Under the pieces are notes generated by a model. It saw nothing but the letters and a program-made list of their open reading frames with translations. It had not been told where the DNA came from and did no database searches. From positions 5,472,001 through 5,536,000 of the forward strand of contig OZ242320.1 in the NCBI GenBank assembly GCA_965208125.1: a DNA stretch of 64,000 bases, read 5' to 3'. Position 1 is the stretch's first letter. The number at the start of each line of letters is the position of its first letter. The translations under genes and the position numbers were made by a program. This DNA is from Candidatus Latescibacterota bacterium (GTDB lineage Bacteria > Latescibacterota > UBA2968). Of the stretch, positions 1 to 12,762 are shown in pieces.

Positions 1-1369
1 CCACCATTGCCCCATTCTCTGATGCCGTAACAGGCCGAAAAATGTCTGTGCGAGATTCACGCGCAGAACCCGTCGCTATATGGAATGATTTCGCGGTATA
101 TCCCTGGAACTCAGATATTTTTCCCCGCAGACTTCGCACGGGATAAACAGGACCGACATAAGTGGCACCTAATGGGGCTACTATAGGTTCTGGATCATAG
201 AGATTACTGCGCGGGTTTCCTGATTTTAGAAACTCTTTCGGGTGGACTTTGGTACCATAAATCGACAAAGCCAATCGCTCCTTGATTCTTTGCACAGCCA
301 TACTCTGTTCAAAATTTAACTCATCTGACCGAGAGCGATAATCCGGCTCACCAAAGCGAATATATACTTCCCCTCGCCTGTCCCACGGACTTTGTCCCTC
401 TGAAAAATGATGCAAAGCATACCACACCCGCCAATAGTGCTCTATTCTCCGCTCGTTTTCAGCCGTCGTGATATCCGGATCGTGTAAATTCCAGAACCAG
501 CGTAAGAACCCCTCTCGCTCGTCTATCGGGGTCGCATTAAATGCGGCGAGTTCATCGCGTGAGGCAACAAATCGGATATCCTCATACAGCGTTCTTACAT
601 CGGGATCAAGACTGTCCAGATATCGCTCAAAATACCGCTCAGCAGGGGCTATCTTCCCCAGTTTCACATACGTATAGGCCAGTACGGGAAATACCTCGGT
701 TTCTGTGGGATGGCGCGTTACAAAGCCCTGCAAGATCTCGGTAACTTTCTGATAATTCCCCATCCGCAAATAAAACTCAGCCGACAGCTTATTTCCCTCT
801 GCATCATCTGACGCAAACGCGAGATACCGATCGTAATAATAGGCGGTTTTCTTGGGATTCAGACCCATCTTATCGTGCCACTTGCCCAACTGAAGATAGG
901 CGGGCGTATAGGTCGAATCCATCGCGATGACCTTCATCAACGCTTTCTCAGCAGAGTCATTTTTCAGGTCAATATACAACTGCGCCAGATTGATCTGCGC
1001 CTCAATATAGGTCGGATCAATGCCCAGTGCCTTGCGGAAGTATTGAAGTGCGTTGTATTTGTGATGGGTTTGGGAGTACATAAAAACCAGCCCCATACCA
1101 TTGTACGAGGCTGCAGAATTTGCATATCTCATCCCGTTGCGGAATGCTTTTTCAGCCTGTTTCAGATCGCCAACCGAGAAATAGGCATATCCGAGCTTGA
1201 CCCACAGGTTGCCATCTTTTGGCGCGCGCTCAATCGCCTGCTCAAGTTGGCGCAGTGAATCGGTATTCACCTGCGACCGCTTTTCATCTGTGGATACCGC
1301 GCTTACAGGATCTATCAGGAGGCAAACAGCAAGCGTCACAATGGATGCAAATGACAGAAAATAACGCAT
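1..1369 (-). CDS. GWxTD-domain protein with N-terminal TPR repeats (runs off the window edge)
   Basis: Not in the ORF track because it is truncated. Manual translation from ATG at 1369 (GGAG RBS upstream) gives a signal peptide MRYFLSFASIVTLAVCLL, TPR-like helices (LWVKLGYAYFSVGDLKQAEKAF; ALQYFRKALGIDPTYIEAQINLA), then FWNLHDPD...EHYWRVWYALHHFS...WDRRGEVYIRFGEPD, typical of the GWxTD domain. Confidence 0.85.
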   Translation of the reverse strand, partial: MRYFLSFASIVTLAVCLLIDPVSAVSTDEKRSQVNTDSLRQLEQAIERAPKDGNLWVKLGYAYFSVGDLKQAEKAFRNGMRYANSAASYNGMGLVFMYSQTHHKYNALQYFRKALGIDPTYIEAQINLAQLYIDLKNDSAEKALMKVIAMDSTYTPAYLQLGKWHDKMGLNPKKTAYYYDRYLAFASDDAEGNKLSAEFYLRMGNYQKVTEILQGFVTRHPTETEVFPVLAYTYVKLGKIAPAERYFERYLDSLDPDVRTLYEDIRFVASRDELAAFNATPIDEREGFLRWFWNLHDPDITTAENERRIEHYWRVWYALHHFSEGQSPWDRRGEVYIRFGEPDYRSRSDELNFEQSMAVQRIKERLALSIYGTKVHPKEFLKSGNPRSNLYDPEPIVAPLGATYVGPVYPVRSLRGKISEFQGYTAKSFHIATGSARESRTDIFRPVTASENGAMV

Positions 1370-1473
1370 GGCTATACTCCTGAGCCTGTGAACAAGAACC
1401 CCTGGCTAAAACAGTAGTATATACACCATCAAGTGTCAAGAATGTATTGCGGCGGGTGCATCCGTCCTCCGCC

Positions 1474-3339
1474 TCAACCACCATCATCCAAACGCCTGGG
1501 CGGAGACACCAGAGCCATACCCCGGGTATAAGCCCAATGCCGAGCGGCTTTGGCGAGCTTGGGATTGCCAGACGCGAGCATCGCGCTGGCCATGCGCTTA
1601 TCGCCTTCGTGTTCCAGAGCCTGAACGAGCGCGGACGTTGCAAATGCAGAATACTCGCGAATAAAAAATGGATGCGCCGCTGCAATAACATCCAGCTCGC
1701 GTTCTCGCAGAGCGCGTTTTAAGACCTCGACAACCCGATCGCCACCTATCTCAGAAAGCCTTATGGCCGCCGCAATGCGTTCCACCTCATTGCCATTCTC
1801 AAATACCGAAATCCACGCGTCAACTTTCTCCTGTACATCGCGTCTGTTGCGCCAATCTGGTTCAATATTCCGAAGCGCTCTCACTGCCATCCGCACATTC
1901 GACTCATTGCTTAGTATTACCTGGGGGCCCCTTGTCCGTATTATATTCGACCCCTTGCCCAGCATTTCCACCAGCGCAGGCACCACACGCGCATCCTTCA
2001 ATGTGACAAGTGATCGGACCGCGGCCCAGCGCACAAAAATCGAGCCATCATTTAACACTTGCACCAGAGCATCCGCTGCTCGCAGATCGCCTATTTGTCC
2101 CAACGATTGTGCAGCGGATCTTCGGACCTGTATCCCCGGATGGTCCAGCAAGCGAATCAAAGTATCTACACTTCTCCTACCATTAAGAATCCCCAAAGCA
2201 CGAGCAATTGACTCCATCAATTCCTCTCCAGATCGCCCCTGCAAATACATCTCCCGGTCCACCAGCGAGATCAGCAGATCAACAGCACTCGTATCGCGCA
2301 ATTGGCCCAATGCTCGCGCCGCTGCTCCGCGAACATACCTGTCTTCGCCCACAACGACACGCCTCAATGCACCTGCCGCGCGCATATCTCTCATTTTGCC
2401 CAGCGACTGAATGGCTTGCCTACGCACATCGCGATTTCGATCTTCTGTTGCGACGAGCAATGCCTGCACTGCCCGTTGATCTTTCAAATCGCCCAAAAAA
2501 CGCGCAACGACCTTTCGCTCATCGCCATTGCCTGCTGTCACCCAGCGACACCAGTGCATCACCAGTTCTTCTGCCCAATCTTTCTCTCGCCAGTCGGGAA
2601 CAACCGCGTTGAGACCCTCCAATGCGCGGAACCGAATGACTGCCTGTTTATCGCCCAACATATCATCTTGCATCAAATCACGCTGAAATCTCTCCACAGC
2701 CATCTCGACCTCTGGCCGCGCACGCCAATTTTTATCAATCTGATCCAGAGCAAACAGAACAGTCTGGCGCATCTCCTCATCTCCCAACAAATTTGCCAGA
2801 GGCCCAATCGCCCGGGGCGATCCAATACGTCCCAAAGCCACTGCTGAAACCCATCGCACCTGAGATATTTCACTTTGCATTTGCGAACACAGAACATCCA
2901 CCGCAGTCGAATCACCGATCTGACCCAGCGCATCTATCGCCGCCAACCGCAATACAGACACCTCCGCTTGCACAACAGCGACCAACGCACCCACCGCAGT
3001 CGAATCTCCAATTTGACCCAGCGCATCTATTGCTGCCAATGCCAGAACCGCTCGCTTGTCCTGCAAAAAAGGAATAAGTATCTCAGTCGCTCGCCTGTCT
3101 TTCAGCATACCCAGCGCATCTATCGCCGCCAACCGCACCCGCGCTTTTTCATCTTTCAACGCCTGAATCAAATGCGGCACAGCATCCAACTGACCACTCT
3201 CCCCCAACTTCTCAACCCCATATACCCGCACATCGACATCCACATGGCGCGACTGACGCACGTATTCGTCAATACCCCGAGAACAACCGCCCAGCACAAG
3301 TGCGAGGATCAGTCCAATGTATAACTTTCTATTTTTCAT
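1474..3339 (-). CDS. HEAT/PBS-lyase repeat lipoprotein
   Basis: Lipobox LVLGGC and many repeats of the type VRLAAIDALGQIGDSTAV. Confidence 0.9.
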   Translation of the reverse strand: MKNRKLYIGLILALVLGGCSRGIDEYVRQSRHVDVDVRVYGVEKLGESGQLDAVPHLIQALKDEKARVRLAAIDALGMLKDRRATEILIPFLQDKRAVLALAAIDALGQIGDSTAVGALVAVVQAEVSVLRLAAIDALGQIGDSTAVDVLCSQMQSEISQVRWVSAVALGRIGSPRAIGPLANLLGDEEMRQTVLFALDQIDKNWRARPEVEMAVERFQRDLMQDDMLGDKQAVIRFRALEGLNAVVPDWREKDWAEELVMHWCRWVTAGNGDERKVVARFLGDLKDQRAVQALLVATEDRNRDVRRQAIQSLGKMRDMRAAGALRRVVVGEDRYVRGAAARALGQLRDTSAVDLLISLVDREMYLQGRSGEELMESIARALGILNGRRSVDTLIRLLDHPGIQVRRSAAQSLGQIGDLRAADALVQVLNDGSIFVRWAAVRSLVTLKDARVVPALVEMLGKGSNIIRTRGPQVILSNESNVRMAVRALRNIEPDWRNRRDVQEKVDAWISVFENGNEVERIAAAIRLSEIGGDRVVEVLKRALRERELDVIAAAHPFFIREYSAFATSALVQALEHEGDKRMASAMLASGNPKLAKAARHWAYTRGMALVSPPRRLDDGG

Positions 3340-3359
3340 CCGTTATACCCAATTTAGAC

Positions 3360-3383
3360 CCCCCGAAATACGCATTTCGGGGG
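3360..3383. repeat. Intergenic inverted repeat (hairpin; possible terminator or REP-like element)
   Basis: CCCCCGAAAT-ACGC-ATTTCGGGGG, a perfect 10-bp stem between the WG and HEAT genes. Confidence 0.5.
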
Positions 3384-3460
3384 ACATTTCTTTGGGGATC
3401 TTTGTGAGCACTTTTCTCCTTAGCATAAATTATAACACATACCCAATATCGCACACAAAA

Positions 3461-4603
3461 TTATTTCGTTTTCCTAAAATTCCTCGCATCGTCAAATTGC
3501 GGCTCAATCACGACCTCGCCTTTCGCATTGATATACCCATACTTATCATCAATTTTTAATACTGCCAAACCATTAGACAGAACGGAAATATAGAAAGGAG
3601 AATCAACCTGTGGTACAATCACGAACTCTCCTTTGGTATTGATATACCCTTTTTTCTTATCATTTTCTCTTACAAGTGCCAATCCGTTCTTAAAAGAATA
3701 CGCCTTATCAAATTGTGGCTCGATCACAATCTTGCCTTCCCGATCAATATACCCCCATTTGTCCTTGATCATTACATGCGCCAATCCCTCTGAAAAATCA
3801 TTTGCCTTATCAAATTGTGGCTTGATCGCGATCTCACCTGCTGCGTTGATATACCCATACTTGCCACTATCAGAGTCCCCGATTCTTACTATCGCCAATC
3901 CCTCTGAAAAATACCCGAAAAAGTCAAATTGCGGCTCGATAACGATCTCGCCTGCTGCGTTGATACATACCCACTTATATACCCACTTGCCCTTGACAAA
4001 ATCCTCGATTTTTACTGTCGCCAATCCTTCTGAAAAAGGAAACGCCATGTCAAACTGCGGATCAATCACAACCTTGCCTGCCGCGTTAATATATCCATAC
4101 TTGCGATTGGTGTCATCCCCGATTCTTACTGCCGCCAATCCCTCTGAAAAAGAATGCGCCTTATCAAGTTGCGGCTCAATCACAAACTCGCCTGCCGCGT
4201 TGATATATCCCCACTTGCCACTGATTAAGCCCCCAGTTCTTACTGCCGCCAGCCCTTCGAAAAAAGAATGCGCCTGGCGAAATTGCGGTTTAATCACGAC
4301 CTCACCTGCTGCGTTGACATACCCATACTTGCCCCTATCAGAGTCACCGACTCTCACTACTGCCAACCCCTCGTAAAAAGAGTGCGCCTGGTCGAATTGC
4401 GGCTCAATCACAACCTCACCTGCTACATTGATATACCCCCATTTGTCTCCAATTTTTACTGCCGCCAACTTTTCCTCAATTTCCACAGCATCCTGTTTTG
4501 TCTCAGTCTTCACATCCTCGGTTTCCATTGAGAACAACTTCCCCGAATCGGAGTAGGGAAATAGCAGTGTTGAGAAAATCATAATGTATAAGATATTGTT
4601 CAT
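3461..4603 (-). CDS. WG-repeat (WG_beta_rep/KWG-type) exported protein
   Basis: Tandem repeats KWGYINAAGEVVIEPQFDxAxxFSEGLAxV. The likely start is ATG at 4603 (MNNILYIMIF) after GGGAGG. Confidence 0.9.
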   Translation of the reverse strand: MNNILYIMIFSTLLFPYSDSGKLFSMETEDVKTETKQDAVEIEEKLAAVKIGDKWGYINVAGEVVIEPQFDQAHSFYEGLAVVRVGDSDRGKYGYVNAAGEVVIKPQFRQAHSFFEGLAAVRTGGLISGKWGYINAAGEFVIEPQLDKAHSFSEGLAAVRIGDDTNRKYGYINAAGKVVIDPQFDMAFPFSEGLATVKIEDFVKGKWVYKWVCINAAGEIVIEPQFDFFGYFSEGLAIVRIGDSDSGKYGYINAAGEIAIKPQFDKANDFSEGLAHVMIKDKWGYIDREGKIVIEPQFDKAYSFKNGLALVRENDKKKGYINTKGEFVIVPQVDSPFYISVLSNGLAVLKIDDKYGYINAKGEVVIEPQFDDARNFRKTK

Positions 4604-4707
4604 TACAACACCTCCCTTTCTCGTGATAGAATCTAACAACCCAATCAAATATGATACTTTGAGCAGCACTGCGCGTCTGGTCTGATGAAAATCGTCAGTC
4701 GTTCCAA

Positions 4708-6405
4708 CTATTCCAATCGAAACGTGATCGGCATAACCATCCACACGGACACAATTTTGCCATTGTGTTCCGCAGGCTTGAACCGATATTGAGCTACCGC
4801 GTCTTTCGCCGCCTGACGAAATACCTCCGACCCTATGACTCTCAAAACCTTCACATCACTCACCGAGCCATCCACATTGACCATAAACCTCAAAAACACT
4901 CGGCCTTCCAAACTATCTCTGATTGCCTCCTCCGGATGCACAGGCTCAACAGGGTGCAGGACCTTGGGTTTTACTTCAACCATAAAAAATTCGAGAACCT
5001 CACTACTGTCAGCATCAACAGGCACAGGTGGCGTGCTCTGTTGCTTTGGCAATCGAAACGTGATTGGCTGAGTCATCCATACAGCTACGGGCTTACCATT
5101 GTGTTCGGCAGGCTTGAACCGACATTGAGATACCGCATCTATCGCCGCCTGACGAAATACCTCCGACCCTATGACTCTCAAAACCCTCACATCGCTCACC
5201 GAACCATCCACATTAACTATAAACTTCAAAAACACTTTGCCTTCCAGACTATCTCTGATTGCCTCCTCCGGATGCACAGGCTTAACAGAGTGCAGGACCT
5301 TAGGTTTTACTTCAACCATAAAAAATTCGAGAACCTCACTACTGTCAGCATCGCCAGATGCAGGCGGCGGGGTCTGTTGCTCCGGTGTGAATTCAGGCTT
5401 TTTCTCATCCTCAACCAATTCTATAACCTCAAGATCATTTTCATCATGCGTATATGCCTCTCTAATCGAAAAAGGCACAATCGCCAGACCGATGAGAATG
5501 GGAATTGCCAACTGCCATCTGGATCGTTTCACATTGTCCTCTTTGAAATTCAGTACATACTCCAATCGTTTCTTGAGCGCGGTGCCACGCTCGTTGAAAT
5601 ACAGCGCACTCAGAGCAGGGCGTCTATCGACAAAACCGAACAACAGCCGCCCATATTCGGCAGGCGTCAGATCCGTCTCGCGCAACACGGCCTCGTCACA
5701 GCGCAACTCGCGCAAAAAAGTCAGCCTTCGGTTCAGTAGCCAGACCAGCGGATTCACACAAAACAGTGCCATTGCAATCGCCTGAAAAATCAGCACCCAG
5801 ATATCGCGATTATCCCGATGCGCCAACTCGTGTGCAACAACGCCGCGCAACTCCTCAGACGACCAGGACGACCAATGCGCTGGCAAATACAATCTCGGCT
5901 TTACAATACCCACCAAAAGCGGAGAACGCAGACTGGCTTTGGCATAAACCTTCAGATCCTGAGCCTCGTCCAGCGATCTCATCTCCCTCGCCAGATCAAC
6001 TGGCACTGCCAAACGGAGCGCACGGTGAAACGCCGCATTCTTCCACAACGTCACGCCTGCCCATACCGCAACCGAAACACCCCACAGACAAAACAGATAA
6101 AACGCCAGAGGAAGAGGTGCAACTTGCACAGGTGCAACAACCTCGTCTCCAGAAACCATATCGACATAAACTGGTCCAACTGGCACATTGTCGGATACCG
6201 TCAAAAAATCTGGCAACGGAATGGCATAAAAAGGCGGTACAAACACCTTCGCCAATGCCAGCAAATACAGGACGTACCGCAATCGCGTATCCAGCATCAT
6301 CCAGCGATCTACCGCCCACACCAGCGAAATGAACAGCGACACTTCAACAAAATGCACCGCATAAAGCGGCCACCAGGCCTCGGCCAAATAGATCAACAAA
6401 TTCAT
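4708..6405 (-). CDS. BlaR1-like peptidase M56 sensor with two C-terminal TonB-C domains
   Basis: N-terminal TM segments, SPLLVG..PRLYLP, HELAH zinc motif and RELRCDEAV. Two copies of PKVLH..PVHPEEA..LEG.VFL.F.VNVDGSVSDV..FRQAA.DAV.Q.RFKPA. Confidence 0.9.
   Translation of the reverse strand: MNLLIYLAEAWWPLYAVHFVEVSLFISLVWAVDRWMMLDTRLRYVLYLLALAKVFVPPFYAIPLPDFLTVSDNVPVGPVYVDMVSGDEVVAPVQVAPLPLAFYLFCLWGVSVAVWAGVTLWKNAAFHRALRLAVPVDLAREMRSLDEAQDLKVYAKASLRSPLLVGIVKPRLYLPAHWSSWSSEELRGVVAHELAHRDNRDIWVLIFQAIAMALFCVNPLVWLLNRRLTFLRELRCDEAVLRETDLTPAEYGRLLFGFVDRRPALSALYFNERGTALKKRLEYVLNFKEDNVKRSRWQLAIPILIGLAIVPFSIREAYTHDENDLEVIELVEDEKKPEFTPEQQTPPPASGDADSSEVLEFFMVEVKPKVLHSVKPVHPEEAIRDSLEGKVFLKFIVNVDGSVSDVRVLRVIGSEVFRQAAIDAVSQCRFKPAEHNGKPVAVWMTQPITFRLPKQQSTPPVPVDADSSEVLEFFMVEVKPKVLHPVEPVHPEEAIRDSLEGRVFLRFMVNVDGSVSDVKVLRVIGSEVFRQAAKDAVAQYRFKPAEHNGKIVSVWMVMPITFRLE
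4712..5385. repeat. Near-identical tandem DNA duplication (period 336 bp) encoding the two TonB-C domains
   Basis: The same sequence recurs 336 nt apart (e.g. cgcctgacgaaatacctccgaccctatgactctcaaaacc near 4810 and 5146). Shadow ORFs start at 4835 and 5171. Confidence 0.9.
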
Positions 6406-6791
6406 TACGCGCCTCCTCTCTCCCTCGCCTCGATCAGCGCACGTAGCTCATCCAGTTCCTTCCGAGAAAGCTCACCTGAATCCACGAGATACGTTGCCAG
6501 CGCTCCAAAGGACCCCTCGAACATGCGAGATACCAGCGTGCGCGTCTCGTCCTGCGCCGCATCTTCCCTCGATAAGGTTGGCGTGTACACATTCACCGGA
6601 CCGATCTTTTGCCGATTGAGCACACCCTTTTCAAACAGAATATTCATAATCGTCTGCACCGTTGTATAAGCCTTCTCGCCATTGGGATATAGGTAATCGA
6701 CAACATCGCGCACCGTAACCTGACGGTCGAGATGCCATATGCCATCCATCACCTCCCACTCAGCCTCAGATAGTCGTTTCTTTGCAGCCAT
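6405..6791 (-). CDS. BlaI/MecI/CopY family transcriptional repressor
   Basis: LSEAEWEVMDGIW...AYTTVQTIMNILFEKG...LSRKELDELRALI. The stop overlaps the M56 start. Confidence 0.93.
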   Translation of the reverse strand: MAAKKRLSEAEWEVMDGIWHLDRQVTVRDVVDYLYPNGEKAYTTVQTIMNILFEKGVLNRQKIGPVNVYTPTLSREDAAQDETRTLVSRMFEGSFGALATYLVDSGELSRKELDELRALIEARERGGA

Positions 6792-6812
6792 AAGACCCTC
6801 TCCTTGAAATAT

Positions 6813-6856
6813 TACTAATTATTTAGTATTATGACGAACCTAATAGGAGAAGTCAA
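6813..6856 (-). promoter_or_regulatory. Sigma70 promoter with overlapping palindromic operator for the blaI-M56 operon
   Basis: Minus strand reads TTGACT-N17-CATAAT (6856..6828). The palindrome TACTAA-TTAT-TTAGTA at 6813-6828 abuts the -10 box, as expected for BlaI autoregulation. Confidence 0.7.
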
Positions 6857-6877
6857 GCAAAAATCTTATTTTTACAG

Positions 6878-6915
6878 AAAAAAAGAGCGGCAGATTGCAA
6901 AAACCCACCGCTCTT
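6878..6915 (-). terminator. Intrinsic terminator downstream of the mini-RNAP gene
   Basis: AAGAGCGG...CCGCTCTT stem followed by a T-run on the minus strand. Confidence 0.7.
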
Positions 6916-6916
6916 A

Positions 6917-10131
<3,215 letters not shown>

Positions 10132-11925
10132 CTAACTCTCCTGCATTTCAAAGAACCTCGCATCATACTGGACTTTATACATCTCAGAGAACAGCCCACG
10201 TTGATCAATAAGTTGTGAAACCGTACCTTCCTCTACAAGCTCACCATTCTTTCCAACTACCAGGATTCGATCAGCATCAAGTATTGTCGATAAGCGGTGT
10301 GCGACAACCAGCGTGGTCTTCCCCTTTCTCAGTTCCTCCAATGCTGTTTTTACCCTTACCTCTGTAAGGGCATCCAAAGATGCTGTCCCCTCATCTATCA
10401 ACAGCACATTTGGCCTTCGGACAAATGCACGCGCAATCGCGATTCTTTGCCGCTCGCCGCCCGACAGAGATTGCCCATTTTCTCCAACAATTGTCTCGTA
10501 TTGATCCGGGAATTCCAAAATATCACGATGTATTTGCGCCTGCCCTGAAGCCTTCGTCATTACATCATAAGTCGCACCATTGGGTTCCATTGGGTATAGA
10601 ATATTTCTTCCAATAGTTGTATTCCAGAGAAACGGATCTTGCGGGATAAGACATAGATGGTCCCGAACGTACTCAGGAGGCAGCCTGGAAAGCTCAAGTT
10701 CACCAAGCATGATCTTTCCTGAATCAGGTTCGTAGAATCGCAGAAGCAAATCAAAAATGGTGCTCTTTCCTCCCCCGCTGGGACCGACGATACCAATGAA
10801 CTCTCCCTCCTTTATTTCAAAAGTCATGTTCCTGATTGCGAATCCGCGATCGTATCCAAATGAGACGTTCCTGAAAGCAATATGCACGCTCCTGGCGGCG
10901 TCAAGTACCGCACCAGATCGATCAGCAATTGTCTCCTCCCTTCTCATCTTCAGCACATCATTGAGCTTGTCAAAAGAAATCTTGACTCTATGTAGATCTA
11001 CATAGACAGAGAAAGCACCTTTCAGAGCGGCATACGCTCTGGGGACGTACGCCATAAATGCAACCAATGTCCCTATCGACATACTGCCATTCATGATTCC
11101 GAATGCCCCAAAACCGAAAAGAATCCCGATAACGACGCTATTTATAACCTCATTGGGAAAGGCAACAACAATGTGATGAAAAGCAATCGTTTTGAGCTTC
11201 AGAGTCTTGTGCTGTCGCAGCCAATCTTGCCAGAAGCGTCTTTCTCGAGATTCGCCGGAAAGAGATCGCACCGTCTTGATGCCAGCAAATGTTTCCTGGA
11301 GAAATCTGTTTCCCCTCTCTACGTGATCTGAAAAAGGTCTATCCAGAGCTTCGGACCTTCTGGTAAGCTTCCGGGTGATTGCAAATGTAACCGGAACTGC
11401 AACCATTGAGACAGCGGTCAGCCTGTAATCCATCCAGAGCATCATTCCCAAAATACCGAGCAGATTTATCCCGCTATGTGCGAGTGGCAAGACACGTTGA
11501 GAGATAAACATCTCACCTATTTTCGCTGACTCAATATTTATCCGATAACTGAGGTCAGCGGTCGGTATCCCTTGTATATCCTCAACTCTTGATCTGATAA
11601 CGTGCTCAAAAGCAGACTTCCTTAATCCTCTTGACACCTGTTCCCCAATCCAGACACGGAGATACTCATGCCCATAAGTTATGGCCAAGCCCAAAAGTGG
11701 GATCAGCACCACCCCCAAAATGCAATAGACACTGAGTTGCATATCTCTATCTGGAATCGCTTGATCAATCAGGATCCTATAGATGACGGGAACAAACAGA
11801 GCGGGCACCACAGCGATTAGCATTGTTAAGAGGGTTAAAGCTACGCGCCACTTTTTTTCTAAGAGCTTCGCCAGAACAATCTTCCCTGTGCCAGTAGCTA
11901 AGTAATACGAGAGTCCTGTTAGCAT
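10132..11925 (-). CDS. ABC exporter, fused permease plus ATPase (MsbA/MdlB-like half transporter)
   Basis: N-terminal TM domain, Walker A GPSGGGKST, signature LSGGERQR, Walker B LLIDEGTASLD and H-loop VVAHRLST. Confidence 0.93.
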   Translation of the reverse strand: MLTGLSYYLATGTGKIVLAKLLEKKWRVALTLLTMLIAVVPALFVPVIYRILIDQAIPDRDMQLSVYCILGVVLIPLLGLAITYGHEYLRVWIGEQVSRGLRKSAFEHVIRSRVEDIQGIPTADLSYRINIESAKIGEMFISQRVLPLAHSGINLLGILGMMLWMDYRLTAVSMVAVPVTFAITRKLTRRSEALDRPFSDHVERGNRFLQETFAGIKTVRSLSGESRERRFWQDWLRQHKTLKLKTIAFHHIVVAFPNEVINSVVIGILFGFGAFGIMNGSMSIGTLVAFMAYVPRAYAALKGAFSVYVDLHRVKISFDKLNDVLKMRREETIADRSGAVLDAARSVHIAFRNVSFGYDRGFAIRNMTFEIKEGEFIGIVGPSGGGKSTIFDLLLRFYEPDSGKIMLGELELSRLPPEYVRDHLCLIPQDPFLWNTTIGRNILYPMEPNGATYDVMTKASGQAQIHRDILEFPDQYETIVGENGQSLSGGERQRIAIARAFVRRPNVLLIDEGTASLDALTEVRVKTALEELRKGKTTLVVAHRLSTILDADRILVVGKNGELVEEGTVSQLIDQRGLFSEMYKVQYDARFFEMQES

Positions 11926-11965
11926 AATCTCCCCTTGTATTTCGCCTTTTATCTGTGGGTATCAG

Positions 11966-11980
11966 TGTGAAACGCTCACA
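11966..11980. promoter_or_regulatory. Palindromic putative operator (LacI-family-like) upstream of the ABC gene
   Basis: TGTGA-AACGC-TCACA, i.e. TGTGAGCGTTTCACA on the minus strand, directly after the sigma stop codon. Confidence 0.35.
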
Positions 11981-12586
11981 TTACTCGCCTTCATACCCCC
12001 TCCCATACCTCCGCCCCCATGCCTCTGCAAGTTGCTTGCGCGCGTGGAACAGCCGCGACTTCACTGTCCCCTCTGGAATCGCCAGCCGTTCGGCAACTTC
12101 CCGAAGCGCCACCTCATCTTCGTACACCATCTGAAATATCTCGCGTTTTTCCTCTGGCAACGCATCGATCAACGCCTGCAAAATGCGCCGCTGTTCAGCG
12201 CGTTCCAATTGCACATCGGGTCCCAGCGCAGCCCGATCGATCATCCACCCCGGAACAGGTTGTTCTTCGTCCTCCTCATCGTAAAGCGAAGGCATTTCCA
12301 ATGGCTGTTCGCGACGACGACTTTGGCTTCGCAATTGATTCAGCGACAAATTTCTCGCAATCCGAAACAGCCATCCCCGAAAAGACCCTTGCCCCGACCA
12401 TTGATCGGCCCGATTCCAAACTCTGAGAAAAACCTCCTGCGTCAAATCATCTGCAGCGACCGGATCGCGCGTTATCCAGCGCAGACTCTCGGTCACCTGT
12501 GCCTGATAGCGCGCAAACAGAATCGCAAAAGCCTCTTGATCCCGCGCCACAATTCGCTGCATCAAAATCGCGTCCGATGGTGTCAA
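11981..12586 (-). CDS. ECF-type (group 4) RNA polymerase sigma factor
   Basis: Region 2: ADDLTQEVFLRVW..SFRGWLFRIARNLSLNQLR. Region 4: LPEEKREIF..LREVAERLAIPEGTVKSRLFHARKQL. Likely TTG start at 12586 after AGGAGG. Confidence 0.95.
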   Translation of the reverse strand: MTPSDAILMQRIVARDQEAFAILFARYQAQVTESLRWITRDPVAADDLTQEVFLRVWNRADQWSGQGSFRGWLFRIARNLSLNQLRSQSRRREQPLEMPSLYDEEDEEQPVPGWMIDRAALGPDVQLERAEQRRILQALIDALPEEKREIFQMVYEDEVALREVAERLAIPEGTVKSRLFHARKQLAEAWGRRYGRGYEGE

Positions 12587-12605
12587 AAAATATCCTCCTG
12601 TGGGA

Positions 12606-12634
12606 ATCGACACCGCCCAATACCCGAAGGTTCA
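12606..12634 (-). promoter_or_regulatory. ECF-type promoter, likely autoregulatory
   Basis: Minus strand reads TGAACCT-N16-GTCGAT just upstream of the sigma RBS. This matches the general ECF pattern of -35 GAAC and -10 GTC. Confidence 0.7.
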
Positions 12635-12708
12635 AAAAAAGTGAGTGGTGAAAAGTGTGAAGTGAGAAGTCCCCACATCTCCCCACCAGTGGTCAGTTCA
12701 TCTATTAT

Positions 12709-12740
12709 AAAAAAGCGCAGCCCTGATGGACTGCGCTTTA
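12709..12740 (-). terminator. Intrinsic terminator
   Basis: AAAGCGCAG...CTGCGCTTT stem with a T-run on the minus strand. It insulates the sigma unit from upstream genes. Confidence 0.7.
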
Positions 12741-12762
12741 CACAGATATGCCTCGCTGCCTC

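Noticed and set aside
3633-6669. Long plus-strand ORFs (3633-4376, 4765-5739, 5818-6669) and similar antisense ORFs across the window
   Set aside because: These are shadow frames of well-supported opposite-strand genes, with no motifs or RBS. Their repeats merely mirror the real genes.
11966-11980. CRP/FNR binding site
   Set aside because: The TGTGA and TCACA half-sites are 5 nt apart rather than the 6 nt required. It is kept only as a possible LacI-type operator.
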